Part shown: in pieces, positions 9,979 through 19,537 of the stretch
Position numbering within the stretch: the stretch's first letter is position 1
How the letters are laid out: every line of letters starts with the position of its first letter
Virus record (IMG/VR): IMGVR_UViG_3300028048_002585
Reading direction: 5' to 3' (one strand)
DNA: 64,000 nucleotides
Origin: an uncultured virus (IMG/VR IMGVR_UViG_3300028048_002585)
Lineage: Duplodnaviria > Heunggongvirae > Uroviricota > Caudoviricetes
Translations under genes and position numbers: made by a program
The notes under the pieces: generated by a model
What the model saw: only the letters and a program-made list of their open reading frames with translations
Told to the model about the DNA's origin: nothing
The model's database searches: none

Positions 9979-10219
9979 TCTTTTTTCCCTTCTTTCTGTA
10001 GGCCTCTGGAAGAGGCGTCCACGCAATTATCGTTTCTGTTGTAGGATAATTGAGGTCTATCCAATCAGGCTCGTCTGTGCCTCTTCTGAAGCGTCTGTGA
10101 CTCCAATAACGAGTTACATGCATACGTCCCGAATCACTGCATACCAGTACGTATTCACTCGGCTCTACATAAACGTCTTCAGTTATGGGCTCATAAAGAA
10201 GCTTTTCTTCAACCGGGAA
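9968..10219 (-). pseudogene. DUF551-like coding segment in frame behind the TGA of the DUF4314 gene, with no start at its 5' end
   Basis: Open frame FPVEEKLL...YVLVC...IIAWTPLPEAYRK to TAA at 9968. Confidence 0.6.
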
Positions 10220-10423
10220 TCATCTGACTTCAGGAACTATTTCAAATTTATCCTCGTTTTCGATAAGTCCCAGTGTTGAGCCGTTATCCCAGTTCACATG
10301 AATGGTACCTGCATCATCTACGTAATTTACCGTTCCCATCGTACCTCTTGGTGGAGCCTGTATATCATCCATGTATAGCAGGCGTACCCTTGTACCTTTA
10401 GAATATCTCGAAGTGTTTTCCAT
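10220..10423 (-). CDS. DUF4314 family protein
   Basis: GTRVRLLYMDD...PPRGTMGTV..VDDAGTIHVNWDNGSTLGL. Confidence 0.9.
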   Translation of the reverse strand: MENTSRYSKGTRVRLLYMDDIQAPPRGTMGTVNYVDDAGTIHVNWDNGSTLGLIENEDKFEIVPEVR

Positions 10424-10436
10424 AATGATTTCCTCC

Positions 10437-10970
10437 TTAATATCCCATTACACGATGGTAATTCCTGCGATCCGTATTGTCACCTTCCCCAGAATATTTC
10501 CAGATGGTAGGATAACGTCCGAAATCGATGGATGGCTCCGGTTTCAGACCTATGGACAGGCCCCATTTCGTGCGGATCTCGGCTGCTTCTTTCAGGGTTC
10601 CGGCATAAGCTGTATGATCTGTATACCCTTCGGCGTTGTAACATACTACCATGTAGCGGTTCATATCGATGAAATCACTATATGTTCCGTAGAAATCTAC
10701 AAACTGTCCGTCATCATCATTGCAGCTGTACTGGTTTCTCTCATCAAGAATAATTTCTTCAGGACCGAAGATTGTGCCCCAATGATTCACCACAACGTAT
10801 GGCTGTACCTGCGCAAAGTTTCCTCCGCACTCGTCGTCGTCACGCACATCATATGCGTAACAGCCTTCAGGAAGAGATTCTCTGTCCATTCGCATATTGG
10901 AGAACAGAAACGTTTTTCCCTGTACCTCGACCGCCTCAAAACGGTCACTTTCATTGAATTTTACACTCAT
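10437..10970 (-). CDS. LPD28-like (large polyvalent domain) protein
   Basis: LFSNMRMDRESLPEGCYAYDVRDDDE...VVVNHWGTI; start moved to 10970. Confidence 0.7.
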   Translation of the reverse strand: MSVKFNESDRFEAVEVQGKTFLFSNMRMDRESLPEGCYAYDVRDDDECGGNFAQVQPYVVVNHWGTIFGPEEIILDERNQYSCNDDDGQFVDFYGTYSDFIDMNRYMVVCYNAEGYTDHTAYAGTLKEAAEIRTKWGLSIGLKPEPSIDFGRYPTIWKYSGEGDNTDRRNYHRVMGY

Positions 10971-10991
10971 GTTTTTTCTCCTTTCGTAAGG

Positions 10992-11080
10992 TGTCAATAA
11001 ATTCATAAATATTATGTATAAATACAAATCAGGCAAAAAAAGAGAACCCGTCCTAAAGGAATAGGTTCTCAAATTTTTTT
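10992..11080 (-). promoter_or_regulatory. Terminator plus class A promoter module with extended leader
   Basis: Hairpin+T-tract, TTATACATAATA (11010-11021), TGAATTTATTGACA. Confidence 0.75.
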
Positions 11081-11087
11081 GATGTGA

Positions 11088-12185
11088 TTATGAAACAACG
11101 TTGCTGCTACGAAGGTTGACATATACTGATGGAGTTGGTATCTTGTCATCGTTAAAACACTTGCGATGATGAACAGAATCTCTTACATATACTTGTTTAC
11201 CGGATTTATATGTTCTGATAAAACCTCTTGTTGGCCAAGAAGCGACCTTATACTTACGTACTGATTCCGCCGTTGGAAGCTTAGGCGCTTTAGAAGAAAT
11301 AATTCTTATTTTTCCTATATTTCGTATTAATTTTGCAGGTTGCGCGTTCTTAACAATAGTTGTTTGGGCTTTTGATGCTGCTTTTTTTGCAGCCCGATCC
11401 ACGACAGGTTTATTGTTAAACATAGTATAACTTGTAAATCGTGTAAGGTAATTAAAAACGAGCAGGATTTCATCAGCAAATTCTTCCCAATTAAGATTAG
11501 TTACTTCGAGAATATTTGGAAATAGTTTATTTTGATAATAATTTGCCGTTTCTAATAATATTTCTTTTTCTTTTTCAGATTTTTTGCAGTCTGGACAAAG
11601 GGAAACTGCTTTCATTAATATATTTAATGAAAAATCCGCTGTCTCCGAATTGTCTGGTACGGATACACTATGAAATTCTCTTCCGTCTGTTTTGTATCGT
11701 ATACTGCCAATCGGAATCCACAGCATTATTCCATCGCAAACATCTAACTCCCGTAAATATACTGTCACCCTGATATCCATTAGGTATCCTGATTCTGTGA
11801 GATTTAATTTGTTTATTATCCAATGATAATACTGTTCTGTCTCTTTAATATAATATACGCCTTCCTGAAAACAGGGGATTGATGTATATATGCTTTCATT
11901 GGCTTTATAGCATGCAAATTTTTCATCCCCAATAATGTTCTGATCCAGATTCATAAATCTTGACATATCATCAAGGTTATCCAGCTTTATTATATTTTTA
12001 TTCATCAATTCCCTTCTGGACATGATTATTTTACTATCGATAAGCTCATTGACAATGTCTTTAAATACGGTTGTGTGCTCAATATCAGTGTACTCGTTCG
12101 GTATTGTTACAACCGGGGCTTTTATCATTTTGCTTTTAGGGATAGTCATGATTGTTGAATCGTCAGTGTTGTTCCTTTTTCTCAT
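11088..12185 (-). CDS. phage-like hypothetical protein
   Basis: C-terminal WPTRGFIRTYKSGKQVYV motif; start moved to 12185 after AAGGAG. Confidence 0.8.
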   Translation of the reverse strand: MRKRNNTDDSTIMTIPKSKMIKAPVVTIPNEYTDIEHTTVFKDIVNELIDSKIIMSRRELMNKNIIKLDNLDDMSRFMNLDQNIIGDEKFACYKANESIYTSIPCFQEGVYYIKETEQYYHWIINKLNLTESGYLMDIRVTVYLRELDVCDGIMLWIPIGSIRYKTDGREFHSVSVPDNSETADFSLNILMKAVSLCPDCKKSEKEKEILLETANYYQNKLFPNILEVTNLNWEEFADEILLVFNYLTRFTSYTMFNNKPVVDRAAKKAASKAQTTIVKNAQPAKLIRNIGKIRIISSKAPKLPTAESVRKYKVASWPTRGFIRTYKSGKQVYVRDSVHHRKCFNDDKIPTPSVYVNLRSSNVVS

Positions 12186-12206
12186 ATTTCTTTCTCCTTT
12201 CATAGA

Positions 12207-12295
12207 TGTCAATAAATTCATAAATATTATGTATAAAAGGGAAAAGCGTAAAAAAAAGAACTGACGTTGATTGAAACGTCAGCTCGTTTTTTTTG
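12207..12295 (-). promoter_or_regulatory. Terminator plus class A promoter module with extended leader
   Basis: Core at 12225-12236. Confidence 0.75.
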
Positions 12296-12296
12296 A

Positions 12297-12869
12297 TTAT
12301 TCTTCGCTATCATTCAGAATTTTGCCTATTTTTCGGCATTCATCATATGCGGAACCTTTGCCGGCTTTTGTTGTGCCATAACTGATGAGATTTTGAAACA
12401 GCCATTCATCAGATGGAATCTTGTAGCAGAAATCTGAAGGACGTTCAGCTTTTGCTACTTCCTCATCCAGCTCGTCGGAATATCCTGTAAAGTATTCACG
12501 CCAGTCTTCATTTCCACTGTCGCAGCCGAATACATAGTCATTCACGATTTCTCTGATGAGCTTGACAGCGTTTTTCATTACTCGTTTTTCAGCTTCAACG
12601 GTCATTCCAAAGAAATTCGCTTTCTCCTCTGTCTCCGACAGCTTTACGATAGCCATGTCGAGCGCCTTGCTTCTTGGCTGTCCGTGGATCTCTAACTGTG
12701 TCTGCATCGCTTCGATATCGTCGATCGCATCTTCAGCAGTCATTACCTTTTCAACGAAATCTTCGCAATCATTTCTGTGAGGATGCTCCGGATCACAATT
12801 TCCGCAGCCTGCAGCGCCGCATTCCTCAAAATTAGCGCAGATATTACATTCACATTCACCACATATCAT
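12297..12869 (-). CDS. hypothetical protein with Cys-rich N-terminus
   Basis: AAGGAGG RBS; multiple Cys. Confidence 0.8.
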   Translation of the reverse strand: MICGECECNICANFEECGAAGCGNCDPEHPHRNDCEDFVEKVMTAEDAIDDIEAMQTQLEIHGQPRSKALDMAIVKLSETEEKANFFGMTVEAEKRVMKNAVKLIREIVNDYVFGCDSGNEDWREYFTGYSDELDEEVAKAERPSDFCYKIPSDEWLFQNLISYGTTKAGKGSAYDECRKIGKILNDSEE

Positions 12870-12891
12870 AGTTTCTGTTCCTCCTTTTAAT

Positions 12892-12975
12892 TGTCAATAT
12901 TTATATACATATTATGTATAAAGACGTGACGAACAAAAAAAGAGCCGGCGTATTGTACGTCAGCTCATTTTTTGA
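12892..12975 (-). promoter_or_regulatory. Terminator plus class A promoter module
   Basis: Core at 12910-12921. Confidence 0.75.
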
Positions 12976-12980
12976 TGTCA

Positions 12981-13169
12981 CTATGCCGGAACTTCTTTAT
13001 AATCAACGTCGAGTGTGTCTTTGAGAATTCTGAGACCGTCGTTGTGGATCATCATTCTGCCTTTGTCGTCATAATCGTACCACACACATGCATCTTCAAA
13101 TTCATCTTCCATAATCTCGCGTTCCTCGTCGTCTTTGATAACGATATAATGTATTTTTTTGTTTGACAT
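12981..13169 (-). CDS. small acidic hypothetical protein
   Basis: Start moved to 13169 after AAGGAGG. Confidence 0.7.
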   Translation of the reverse strand: MSNKKIHYIVIKDDEEREIMEDEFEDACVWYDYDDKGRMMIHNDGLRILKDTLDVDYKEVPA

Positions 13170-13190
13170 TTGCTTATCCTCCTTTAAATA

Positions 13191-13275
13191 TGTCAATAAT
13201 TTCATATATATTATATATAAAAATGTGATAATCAAAAAAAGAGCCGATACATAAAGTATCGACTCAGTTTTTTTT
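13191..13275 (-). promoter_or_regulatory. Terminator plus class A promoter module (variant TTATATATAATA)
   Basis: Core at 13209-13220; GAGCCGATAC hairpin arm identical to the one at 8961. Confidence 0.7.
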
Positions 13276-14503
13276 AAAATGTGATCATATCCGGATATTG
13301 TCTGAAGATACATCCGAATATCCGTTCAAGGACAGGAACGCATATGGAATTACCTGCGAGCGCTGCGATCTGTTTGTCCGTGAGTCCCGATTTGACCATT
13401 TTTTCATAGTCAACATCTCTGAAACCCATAAGTCTGAGTTTTTCAAGGGATGTAAACATGCGAAACTGGTCTCCGATCAGAACGCCCTGTCTTGGTGAAG
13501 TGGTGAGTGTTGATGCATAGTCTCCTACTCTTCCACGCCGGTTCTGAGAGTTTGGAAAGGCGAGGTCTACCCTCTGAAACTCGTTGATTGGAACATAGCC
13601 CGGACCCGCTCCAAAATCGCCTTTAACGGCCTGTCTTACATACCACTGAGTTCCTACCTTTTTCGTGATAGAAAGCTCTGTCGGTGTAAAACAGTTGTCC
13701 TTATCTGTCATTGAAGCTGTCAGATCAAGGAATTGTCTGAGGGTGTATCTTTCATTTTCAGGCACCGGTTCCGGCATTATGAACGCACCGTATCTGTCTG
13801 CGTATGGATTTAATACTGAAACGCAGAAAAACCGCTCTCTTGCCTGTGGTATTCCGTAATCGGAAGCATCGAGCATGTGTTCGATCATAACGCTTCTTGG
13901 CGAGACATATCCGCCCTTGGCCACATACTTCTTGCTGCCACAGAAGGTATTTGTGTAACCATATCCTTCCATGGTTGTAAGATAGTTGCAGAGCACGTCA
14001 GGGTGGGAATATGCCATGTTCGGTACATTTTCCCATATGACAACTTTAGGCTGTCTGGTGAGCTCTCTGAAGCCTGTAGCGGGAGCGGGATCGAGAATCT
14101 GCAGAGTTCTTTCATACAGAATCGAACGACCGGTATTTATGTCGTTTTTGCCCTCTCTTGAATAATCCTGGCATGGACTGCCATGTACCAGGATGTCCAC
14201 ATTCAAATTCCAGCAGCGGATGTCCTGTGGTCTGTTCGATAGGTCAAACATCTGATTGTATGCCTGCACTGCATACGGCAGAACTTCCACATAGTCTATC
14301 GACTTGATAAATTTGGATGCTTCCTGATACAGCTGTTTCTTGGTAAAGGTCGGGTTATCCGTCCTCACCTTGGCCTTGATTACATTTTCTAAGGCCCTTC
14401 TCGGGGCACCGATGCCGCCGAATAGCTCCAACAGATGTATTGGATGGATCTGCTCACTGACATCCGGCACGCCCTTTTCCTTGATTTTGGTGAAATCTTT
14501 CAT
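13274..14503 (-). CDS. orphan C5 DNA cytosine methyltransferase
   Basis: Motifs LELFGGIGA (I), HGSPCQD (IV), WENV (VI), PQARERFF (VIII), AGNSI (X); no adjacent endonuclease. Confidence 0.93.
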   Translation of the reverse strand: MKDFTKIKEKGVPDVSEQIHPIHLLELFGGIGAPRRALENVIKAKVRTDNPTFTKKQLYQEASKFIKSIDYVEVLPYAVQAYNQMFDLSNRPQDIRCWNLNVDILVHGSPCQDYSREGKNDINTGRSILYERTLQILDPAPATGFRELTRQPKVVIWENVPNMAYSHPDVLCNYLTTMEGYGYTNTFCGSKKYVAKGGYVSPRSVMIEHMLDASDYGIPQARERFFCVSVLNPYADRYGAFIMPEPVPENERYTLRQFLDLTASMTDKDNCFTPTELSITKKVGTQWYVRQAVKGDFGAGPGYVPINEFQRVDLAFPNSQNRRGRVGDYASTLTTSPRQGVLIGDQFRMFTSLEKLRLMGFRDVDYEKMVKSGLTDKQIAALAGNSICVPVLERIFGCIFRQYPDMITF

Positions 14504-14528
14504 TTTTTCATTCTCCTTTCATTTGCAA

Positions 14529-14620
14529 TGTCAATAAATTCATTAATATTATGTATAAAGAGATTAATAACAAAAAAAAAGAGCCGATAACATTTAATAT
14601 GTTACCGACTCGATTTTTTT
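14529..14620 (-). promoter_or_regulatory. Terminator plus class A promoter module with extended leader
   Basis: Core at 14547-14558. Confidence 0.75.
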
Positions 14621-14656
14621 GAATGAAAGATTGTGTTATATTCCCTAGAGTTCGCC

Positions 14657-14806
14657 TCAATCTCTTGAATAGTGCTCTTTCAGAAGGTTTTTAAGAGCTT
14701 GATTCTGTTTATCTGTTAATTTCTTAGTGTTAATCAAATCCTCTAATACATATAAGTCCTCAACAGATACGCTATATGGTTCTATTGTTTCTCTGTATTT
14801 GCTCAT
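14657..14806 (-). CDS. small hypothetical protein
   Basis: ATG 14806 after AAGGAG, just downstream of the 803 aa gene. Confidence 0.55.
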   Translation of the reverse strand: MSKYRETIEPYSVSVEDLYVLEDLINTKKLTDKQNQALKNLLKEHYSRD

Positions 14807-14811
14807 CTGCT

Positions 14812-17223
14812 TCACTCTCCTTTGTATGGGTCTGGTAATGACATCCCTGCTCTTCTGCTTACCGCATCTTCGCATACCTCCGCTTTAGCTTTGGACTGTT
14901 CCTTAATCCCGATGTTATAGCCTAAGTTGTATGCTTCTACTAATTCTTCGCTTGTTGGTTCTATAAATGGCATATCTTTGATATACTCATCAATATCTTC
15001 AAGGATTTCAACACCATATAAGTATTTTTCCTCTTCTCTCCACCGACCTTCATTAGTTGCGGCTGATGCCATTTCTTCGATAGCTGTCAGTTTATTATTG
15101 ATGTAATTACTAACCGCTTCTCTGCTAACCACTTCTCTGCAAGGCTGAACGGATGGCAAGGATCTAATGGTTGAGAGTATTGCAGTTCGAAGCTTGTCAT
15201 TATTAAACAAAGCTTCAATTCCTTTTAACGAATCGATTATCGCTTTACGGCTTACCGCATCTTCACAAGGCTGAGGGATTACTGACGCCAACTCATCTAT
15301 GGAGTCGATCAAATCCTGTCGATCAACCACATCGCAAGTATGCGTGCTCACTGCATCCTCGCATAGTTGAAGCAGCTCCTCTTTGTGTTTGTCAATAATC
15401 TCTTCTACATCTCCTATTTCAACCAAGCATTCATCCCAAGGAACTAGATGTTCTATTTTTTCTTTTATCTTTTTGAACGTTTCATTGAATACCGCCTTTT
15501 CGATCACTACATTTTCACAAGGTTGAATCTGGGAAGATGCAGGTGGCAAATGTAATATATCTCTCATTATGGTTGCGGAACTCATGCCTCTTGATATTTT
15601 CATTCGCTCATCGCTTATGGCTCTTGCCAATTCGGTTATAAGATCATTAACCTTATCTCTGCTTACAGCATCCTCGCGGGTCTGAATATGTGGTATATCT
15701 TCTGCCTGACTATACAGATCATAAATGTTATCAATGTAGTTGTGTAGCATTGCCAGCTCATCTGATGGTATACCCAACTTGTCTACATACTTTTTAAAGT
15801 CCTTACACAGATTGTTTAACTCGCTTTTGCTGACATATCTTATTTTGTCTTCACAAGGCTGTGCTATAACCGGATGTGTCTTTTTTGCATCCCAAAACTT
15901 TTTCTTCAACATTGAGAATATCAAGTCTCTTGCACATCCAAATCCATAACAGAAGGATTCGTCGGCTCTCGCAATAGTTTCGTCAGAAAAATGATTTGAC
16001 TGTCTCATGTACTCACGGATTTCATCCGCACTATCTGAGCCCAGCATGTAAGTAGGAACATCTAAGACGTCTAACTGAGCGGGATAAATTTCATCCGTCA
16101 GTGCTTTGAGCTTCTTTTCCAGCTCTGCATTCTCTTTGGTCGCCATATTATATAAATTATAGTAATTTTCAGCAAATAAGATGTCTTCAGGTGTATGATT
16201 CATACGGCAGGCATCATTTTCAGATCGTGGCGAAGTATATGTAAACCTGTCAATCTGAGCAAGCATGGAATCTAAAGTGTCGTTCCACTTGTTTCTCCAT
16301 TCCGACATACCATCTTGAACATCAACGAAATTTTTGCTTATTATGTTATTTACTTCCAAGCGGCTTATTCCGTCACAAGGTTGGTTTTCAACTATCTCCA
16401 TATCCTTCATCGCTATATCGTAAGCAACGAGTAATCTTGGATTAGAATCAGGTTCTTTAACCTTATTTTTCCATTCCTGATATATCAGGTTTTTAGCTTC
16501 AGCAGCGCTTACAGGCTTGACTGTCGGTGATATTATTTCATCGCTAAATGGAGATTCATCATCAGGTCTTTCTTCATTGTCTTCCTTATTAAGGAGTGAC
16601 TCGAAGTCAACCTTGTGAAGTATATCATACAACTTTTCAATTTCAGGTGAGAAAGCTGTAAGTGCATAGGTGTGTGCATCATCTGAATAATGATGAGCCT
16701 TATGCTTCAAATATTCCTGCGCATCCTTGTGCGTCAGGAAGAACCCGTTTCCATTAAGTACAGATATCTCTCTATACCAGCATATTTTAAACTCATATCC
16801 GTTGTCATTGAGATGTTCAATGATGTCAGGTGTTGAATCCAGGCTTTCTTCAGGCTCGCCATTGAGGTATATAGTGAGTTCTATATCATTATCCTCATTT
16901 TGGAACATCGTATATGTGTATCCATCTTCTTCAGGATAAAGCTCCGGAAGTATTGTGTCGCCTAAATAGTCATAAAATTCGTCTTCTGAATACGAATTGC
17001 AGCTGCTTTCATTGTATATTTCGAATCCATCTGCATCACTGTCAACGTTGTATATTCTTTCCGTTTCGCGGATCATCCAGAATCTCGGATCTGCTTCACC
17101 GATGTGATCCTGGGTGTTCATCTCCTTTTGGAGATTTATGAGGAATTTTATATCCTCTTCGGTGAGTTTTCTTTTTTCAGGAAACTCATCTTCGTGGTAA
17201 GCGTAATCATAAAACTTAGCCAT
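14812..17223 (-). CDS. mosaic protein of phage-type modules joined by PCEDAVSR-like motifs
   Basis: About 9-10 copies of a [PLV]CE[DN]AVSR-like motif. Confidence 0.8.
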   Translation of the reverse strand: MAKFYDYAYHEDEFPEKRKLTEEDIKFLINLQKEMNTQDHIGEADPRFWMIRETERIYNVDSDADGFEIYNESSCNSYSEDEFYDYLGDTILPELYPEEDGYTYTMFQNEDNDIELTIYLNGEPEESLDSTPDIIEHLNDNGYEFKICWYREISVLNGNGFFLTHKDAQEYLKHKAHHYSDDAHTYALTAFSPEIEKLYDILHKVDFESLLNKEDNEERPDDESPFSDEIISPTVKPVSAAEAKNLIYQEWKNKVKEPDSNPRLLVAYDIAMKDMEIVENQPCDGISRLEVNNIISKNFVDVQDGMSEWRNKWNDTLDSMLAQIDRFTYTSPRSENDACRMNHTPEDILFAENYYNLYNMATKENAELEKKLKALTDEIYPAQLDVLDVPTYMLGSDSADEIREYMRQSNHFSDETIARADESFCYGFGCARDLIFSMLKKKFWDAKKTHPVIAQPCEDKIRYVSKSELNNLCKDFKKYVDKLGIPSDELAMLHNYIDNIYDLYSQAEDIPHIQTREDAVSRDKVNDLITELARAISDERMKISRGMSSATIMRDILHLPPASSQIQPCENVVIEKAVFNETFKKIKEKIEHLVPWDECLVEIGDVEEIIDKHKEELLQLCEDAVSTHTCDVVDRQDLIDSIDELASVIPQPCEDAVSRKAIIDSLKGIEALFNNDKLRTAILSTIRSLPSVQPCREVVSREAVSNYINNKLTAIEEMASAATNEGRWREEEKYLYGVEILEDIDEYIKDMPFIEPTSEELVEAYNLGYNIGIKEQSKAKAEVCEDAVSRRAGMSLPDPYKGE

Positions 17224-17236
17224 TGTGTTATCCTCC

Positions 17237-17590
17237 TTATACGTTGGTAATCACTCGTCCAGTACACTTTAATTCATGACATAAAGTGTTGGACCCGGGA
17301 CTGTATTTATGCACAAGATATCTTCCGTATTCCGCATCAGACATCTCAGGCTGTCTCAGTCCGTCACTGCTGTCGGGATCATTCCCTAATTCAGCAATGT
17401 CATTGAAGAGAAATATCTTTTCTCTGCGTGAATACGCATCAGATATCTTTTCTTCCAAGCTTACATCGTTGATAAGCTCGTTGATCTCCTCAATTTTAAG
17501 CCCGTCTTCTGCAAGCAGAAGGATCAGACTTATCGTGCTGGTTGATAGACCAGCTGTGGCACTTTTTTGTGCCGTTTGTTTGTGGTTCAT
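17237..17590 (-). CDS. hypothetical protein
   Basis: AAGGAG RBS after a class A promoter. Confidence 0.75.
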   Translation of the reverse strand: MNHKQTAQKSATAGLSTSTISLILLLAEDGLKIEEINELINDVSLEEKISDAYSRREKIFLFNDIAELGNDPDSSDGLRQPEMSDAEYGRYLVHKYSPGSNTLCHELKCTGRVITNV

Positions 17591-17613
17591 TTCTTTTTTC
17601 TCCTTTCTTTATA

Positions 17614-17690
17614 TGACAATAAATTCATATATATTATGTATAAAGTTGGAGAATACGAAAAAAAGAGCCGGTTCTTCCGGCTCTTTCGAT
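17614..17690 (-). promoter_or_regulatory. Terminator plus class A promoter module
   Basis: GAGCCGG-AAGAA-CCGGCTC-T7; core at 17632-17643. Confidence 0.75.
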
Positions 17691-17700
17691 GAATGATACT

Positions 17701-18924
17701 CTATTTGTCTATATCTTTATTTTCTCTTTTTTCATTTCCTATGTCTATTCCTTCAGATGATTTTTGCATCCTGGCTGCTATTGCAGCTGATTTCGGATCT
17801 ATTCCACCTTCTCTCTCTGAAGCGTACTTTATTATTGATTTGATGGATTCTATTGTTTCTTCATTTATAACGTCGGTTCTGCTTACCAGTTCCTGAAGTG
17901 TCTTTATCGAGTCCGTTACAATATTCATGTTAGGGTCTTTGGATAATCTTTCCAAAATGTGGAGCGGTGCAATCTCATTATTTGCAATGATGTCTTTCAG
18001 ATAACTGTTCTTGCTCTTTGCGATGTTTTCTATATCTATCACTCCCATCGGAAGGTGTCTCAGGTCATCACCTGCCATTCTTACAAGACCTGACTTCGCA
18101 TAATCACATATCAGATTATCAGATAAGCCTGTCGGTTCTTTGTCGTTAAGCATGTTCAGTAGAATGAACGCCGGAGTACCTTCGTTTTTAGCAACTGCCA
18201 TCCTGACTTCGGGACTCTCGTCTTTTGAAAGCATATTGAGAATACTTATACTGCATTTGTTGTCCCTGGCAACAGAAATCCTGTCTTTTTCATTCTTGCT
18301 TGAAGCAGTCTTCTCAAACATATATCCGCGTTCATATTTTTTTATCAGATCAGGAGACATAAATTTTGCTTTATCAAATCCTAAATTTAATACCTGCTCC
18401 TTGGTAAGCTTTAGTCCATCATATATTTTATCGTTCACATCTACCGTAAACGGATCTCTTCGCTCTCCGGGCCAGAATGCAATTACCATAGGTTTTTCAT
18501 CAAACTTTATATATGCCATTCCTACAGCTATGCATGTTTTTTCTTCCGGAGCTTTGGGAATATAAGCCGCTCCGATATCTATTTTCCCTGTGTGTTCTGG
18601 GTCCATAGCATAAAATGTGGTATCGTCCGACATGCTCCTTATATCCAAGACTGTCGTCCTTCCGTATGGAATGTCAGATGTTTCATAAAAAGTGATAGGT
18701 GTGTCATCTTGATTTATCGTTTCTTTTTCTTCCCAGTGTGCTTCAAGTATTGCTCTTTCTATATCCTCAGCTGATAGATCATATGCAGAATTATAATTTA
18801 GCGGTCCGTCTACTCTCTGGTTGATGATTATATCTTTATAATTATCATCCCCAAGATAAAATAACGCAGCGTTTTGAAATGCCTCACTTACTGCCATTGA
18901 TGTTTTATTGTTTTCGTATGCCAT
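17701..18924 (-). CDS. hypothetical protein with LRV/HEAT-like repeats and shared C-terminal tail motif
   Basis: LSKDESPEVRMAVAKNEGTP-type repeats. Confidence 0.8.
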   Translation of the reverse strand: MAYENNKTSMAVSEAFQNAALFYLGDDNYKDIIINQRVDGPLNYNSAYDLSAEDIERAILEAHWEEKETINQDDTPITFYETSDIPYGRTTVLDIRSMSDDTTFYAMDPEHTGKIDIGAAYIPKAPEEKTCIAVGMAYIKFDEKPMVIAFWPGERRDPFTVDVNDKIYDGLKLTKEQVLNLGFDKAKFMSPDLIKKYERGYMFEKTASSKNEKDRISVARDNKCSISILNMLSKDESPEVRMAVAKNEGTPAFILLNMLNDKEPTGLSDNLICDYAKSGLVRMAGDDLRHLPMGVIDIENIAKSKNSYLKDIIANNEIAPLHILERLSKDPNMNIVTDSIKTLQELVSRTDVINEETIESIKSIIKYASEREGGIDPKSAAIAARMQKSSEGIDIGNEKRENKDIDK

Positions 18925-19055
18925 ATTTTCCCCTTCCTTTCTGTGTTCGGTTTATAATATTATGTTTTTGGTTTTTTCTGTGTTATATTTTCAGATTTTT
19001 TTACAATTTTCCGACTCCTTTTGTTTTTTTTAATTTTTACATAGTTTTTCATATA

Positions 19056-19108
19056 TATTATGTATAAATTCATAGTAAACAAAAAAAGAGCTCCATCAGG
19101 AGCTCTAT
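19056..19108 (-). promoter_or_regulatory. Terminator plus class A promoter (no extended leader)
   Basis: GAGCTCC..GGAGCTC-T7; core at 19056-19067. Confidence 0.7.
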
Positions 19109-19122
19109 ATGGCGTATTATAC

Positions 19123-19524
19123 TTATTCATTTGGAGAAGGTAACTCTGTTTTAAATATCCTGCTCGGTGTTTGTTTAAATATTATTATATACAAAACAGC
19201 GCACAAATACGCCGCATTATGCGTATTGAACAGGAATGCAAGAGTTTCGTTATCGTGTTTAATGCATGTTATAAAATTTTTTTCCTGCCTTTTAAGGGAA
19301 AGTAGGAACAGCTGAATTTGGAGATTATTGATATCATTTTTTGCAAAAAGTACGTAGATGTTTATTTTTTCGTTTTCTTTTTTTGCATATACGTCAATAT
19401 CATTTATAATAGTATTTATAGGAACGTCATATTCCCTGGCAGATTCGACAATATCCCTGCTTGCCGCTTCAATAAACTGTTTATATGATGATGAGTCTTT
19501 TGTAATCTTATCCTTGTCCAACAT
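19123..19524 (-). CDS. hypothetical protein
   Basis: Operon spacing; TTG start. Confidence 0.6.
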   Translation of the reverse strand: MLDKDKITKDSSSYKQFIEAASRDIVESAREYDVPINTIINDIDVYAKKENEKINIYVLFAKNDINNLQIQLFLLSLKRQEKNFITCIKHDNETLAFLFNTHNAAYLCAVLYIIIFKQTPSRIFKTELPSPNE

Positions 19525-19537
19525 AGGCAGACCTCTT

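Noticed and set aside
8927..19108. Repeated intergenic modules as a CRISPR array or integron attC sites
   Set aside because: Repeats are separated by whole genes and no cas genes are present. Hairpins have G-U-compatible mismatches and T-tails (terminators), lack attC RYYYAAC/GTTRRRY boxes, and no IntI-specific insertion is evident in the recombinase.
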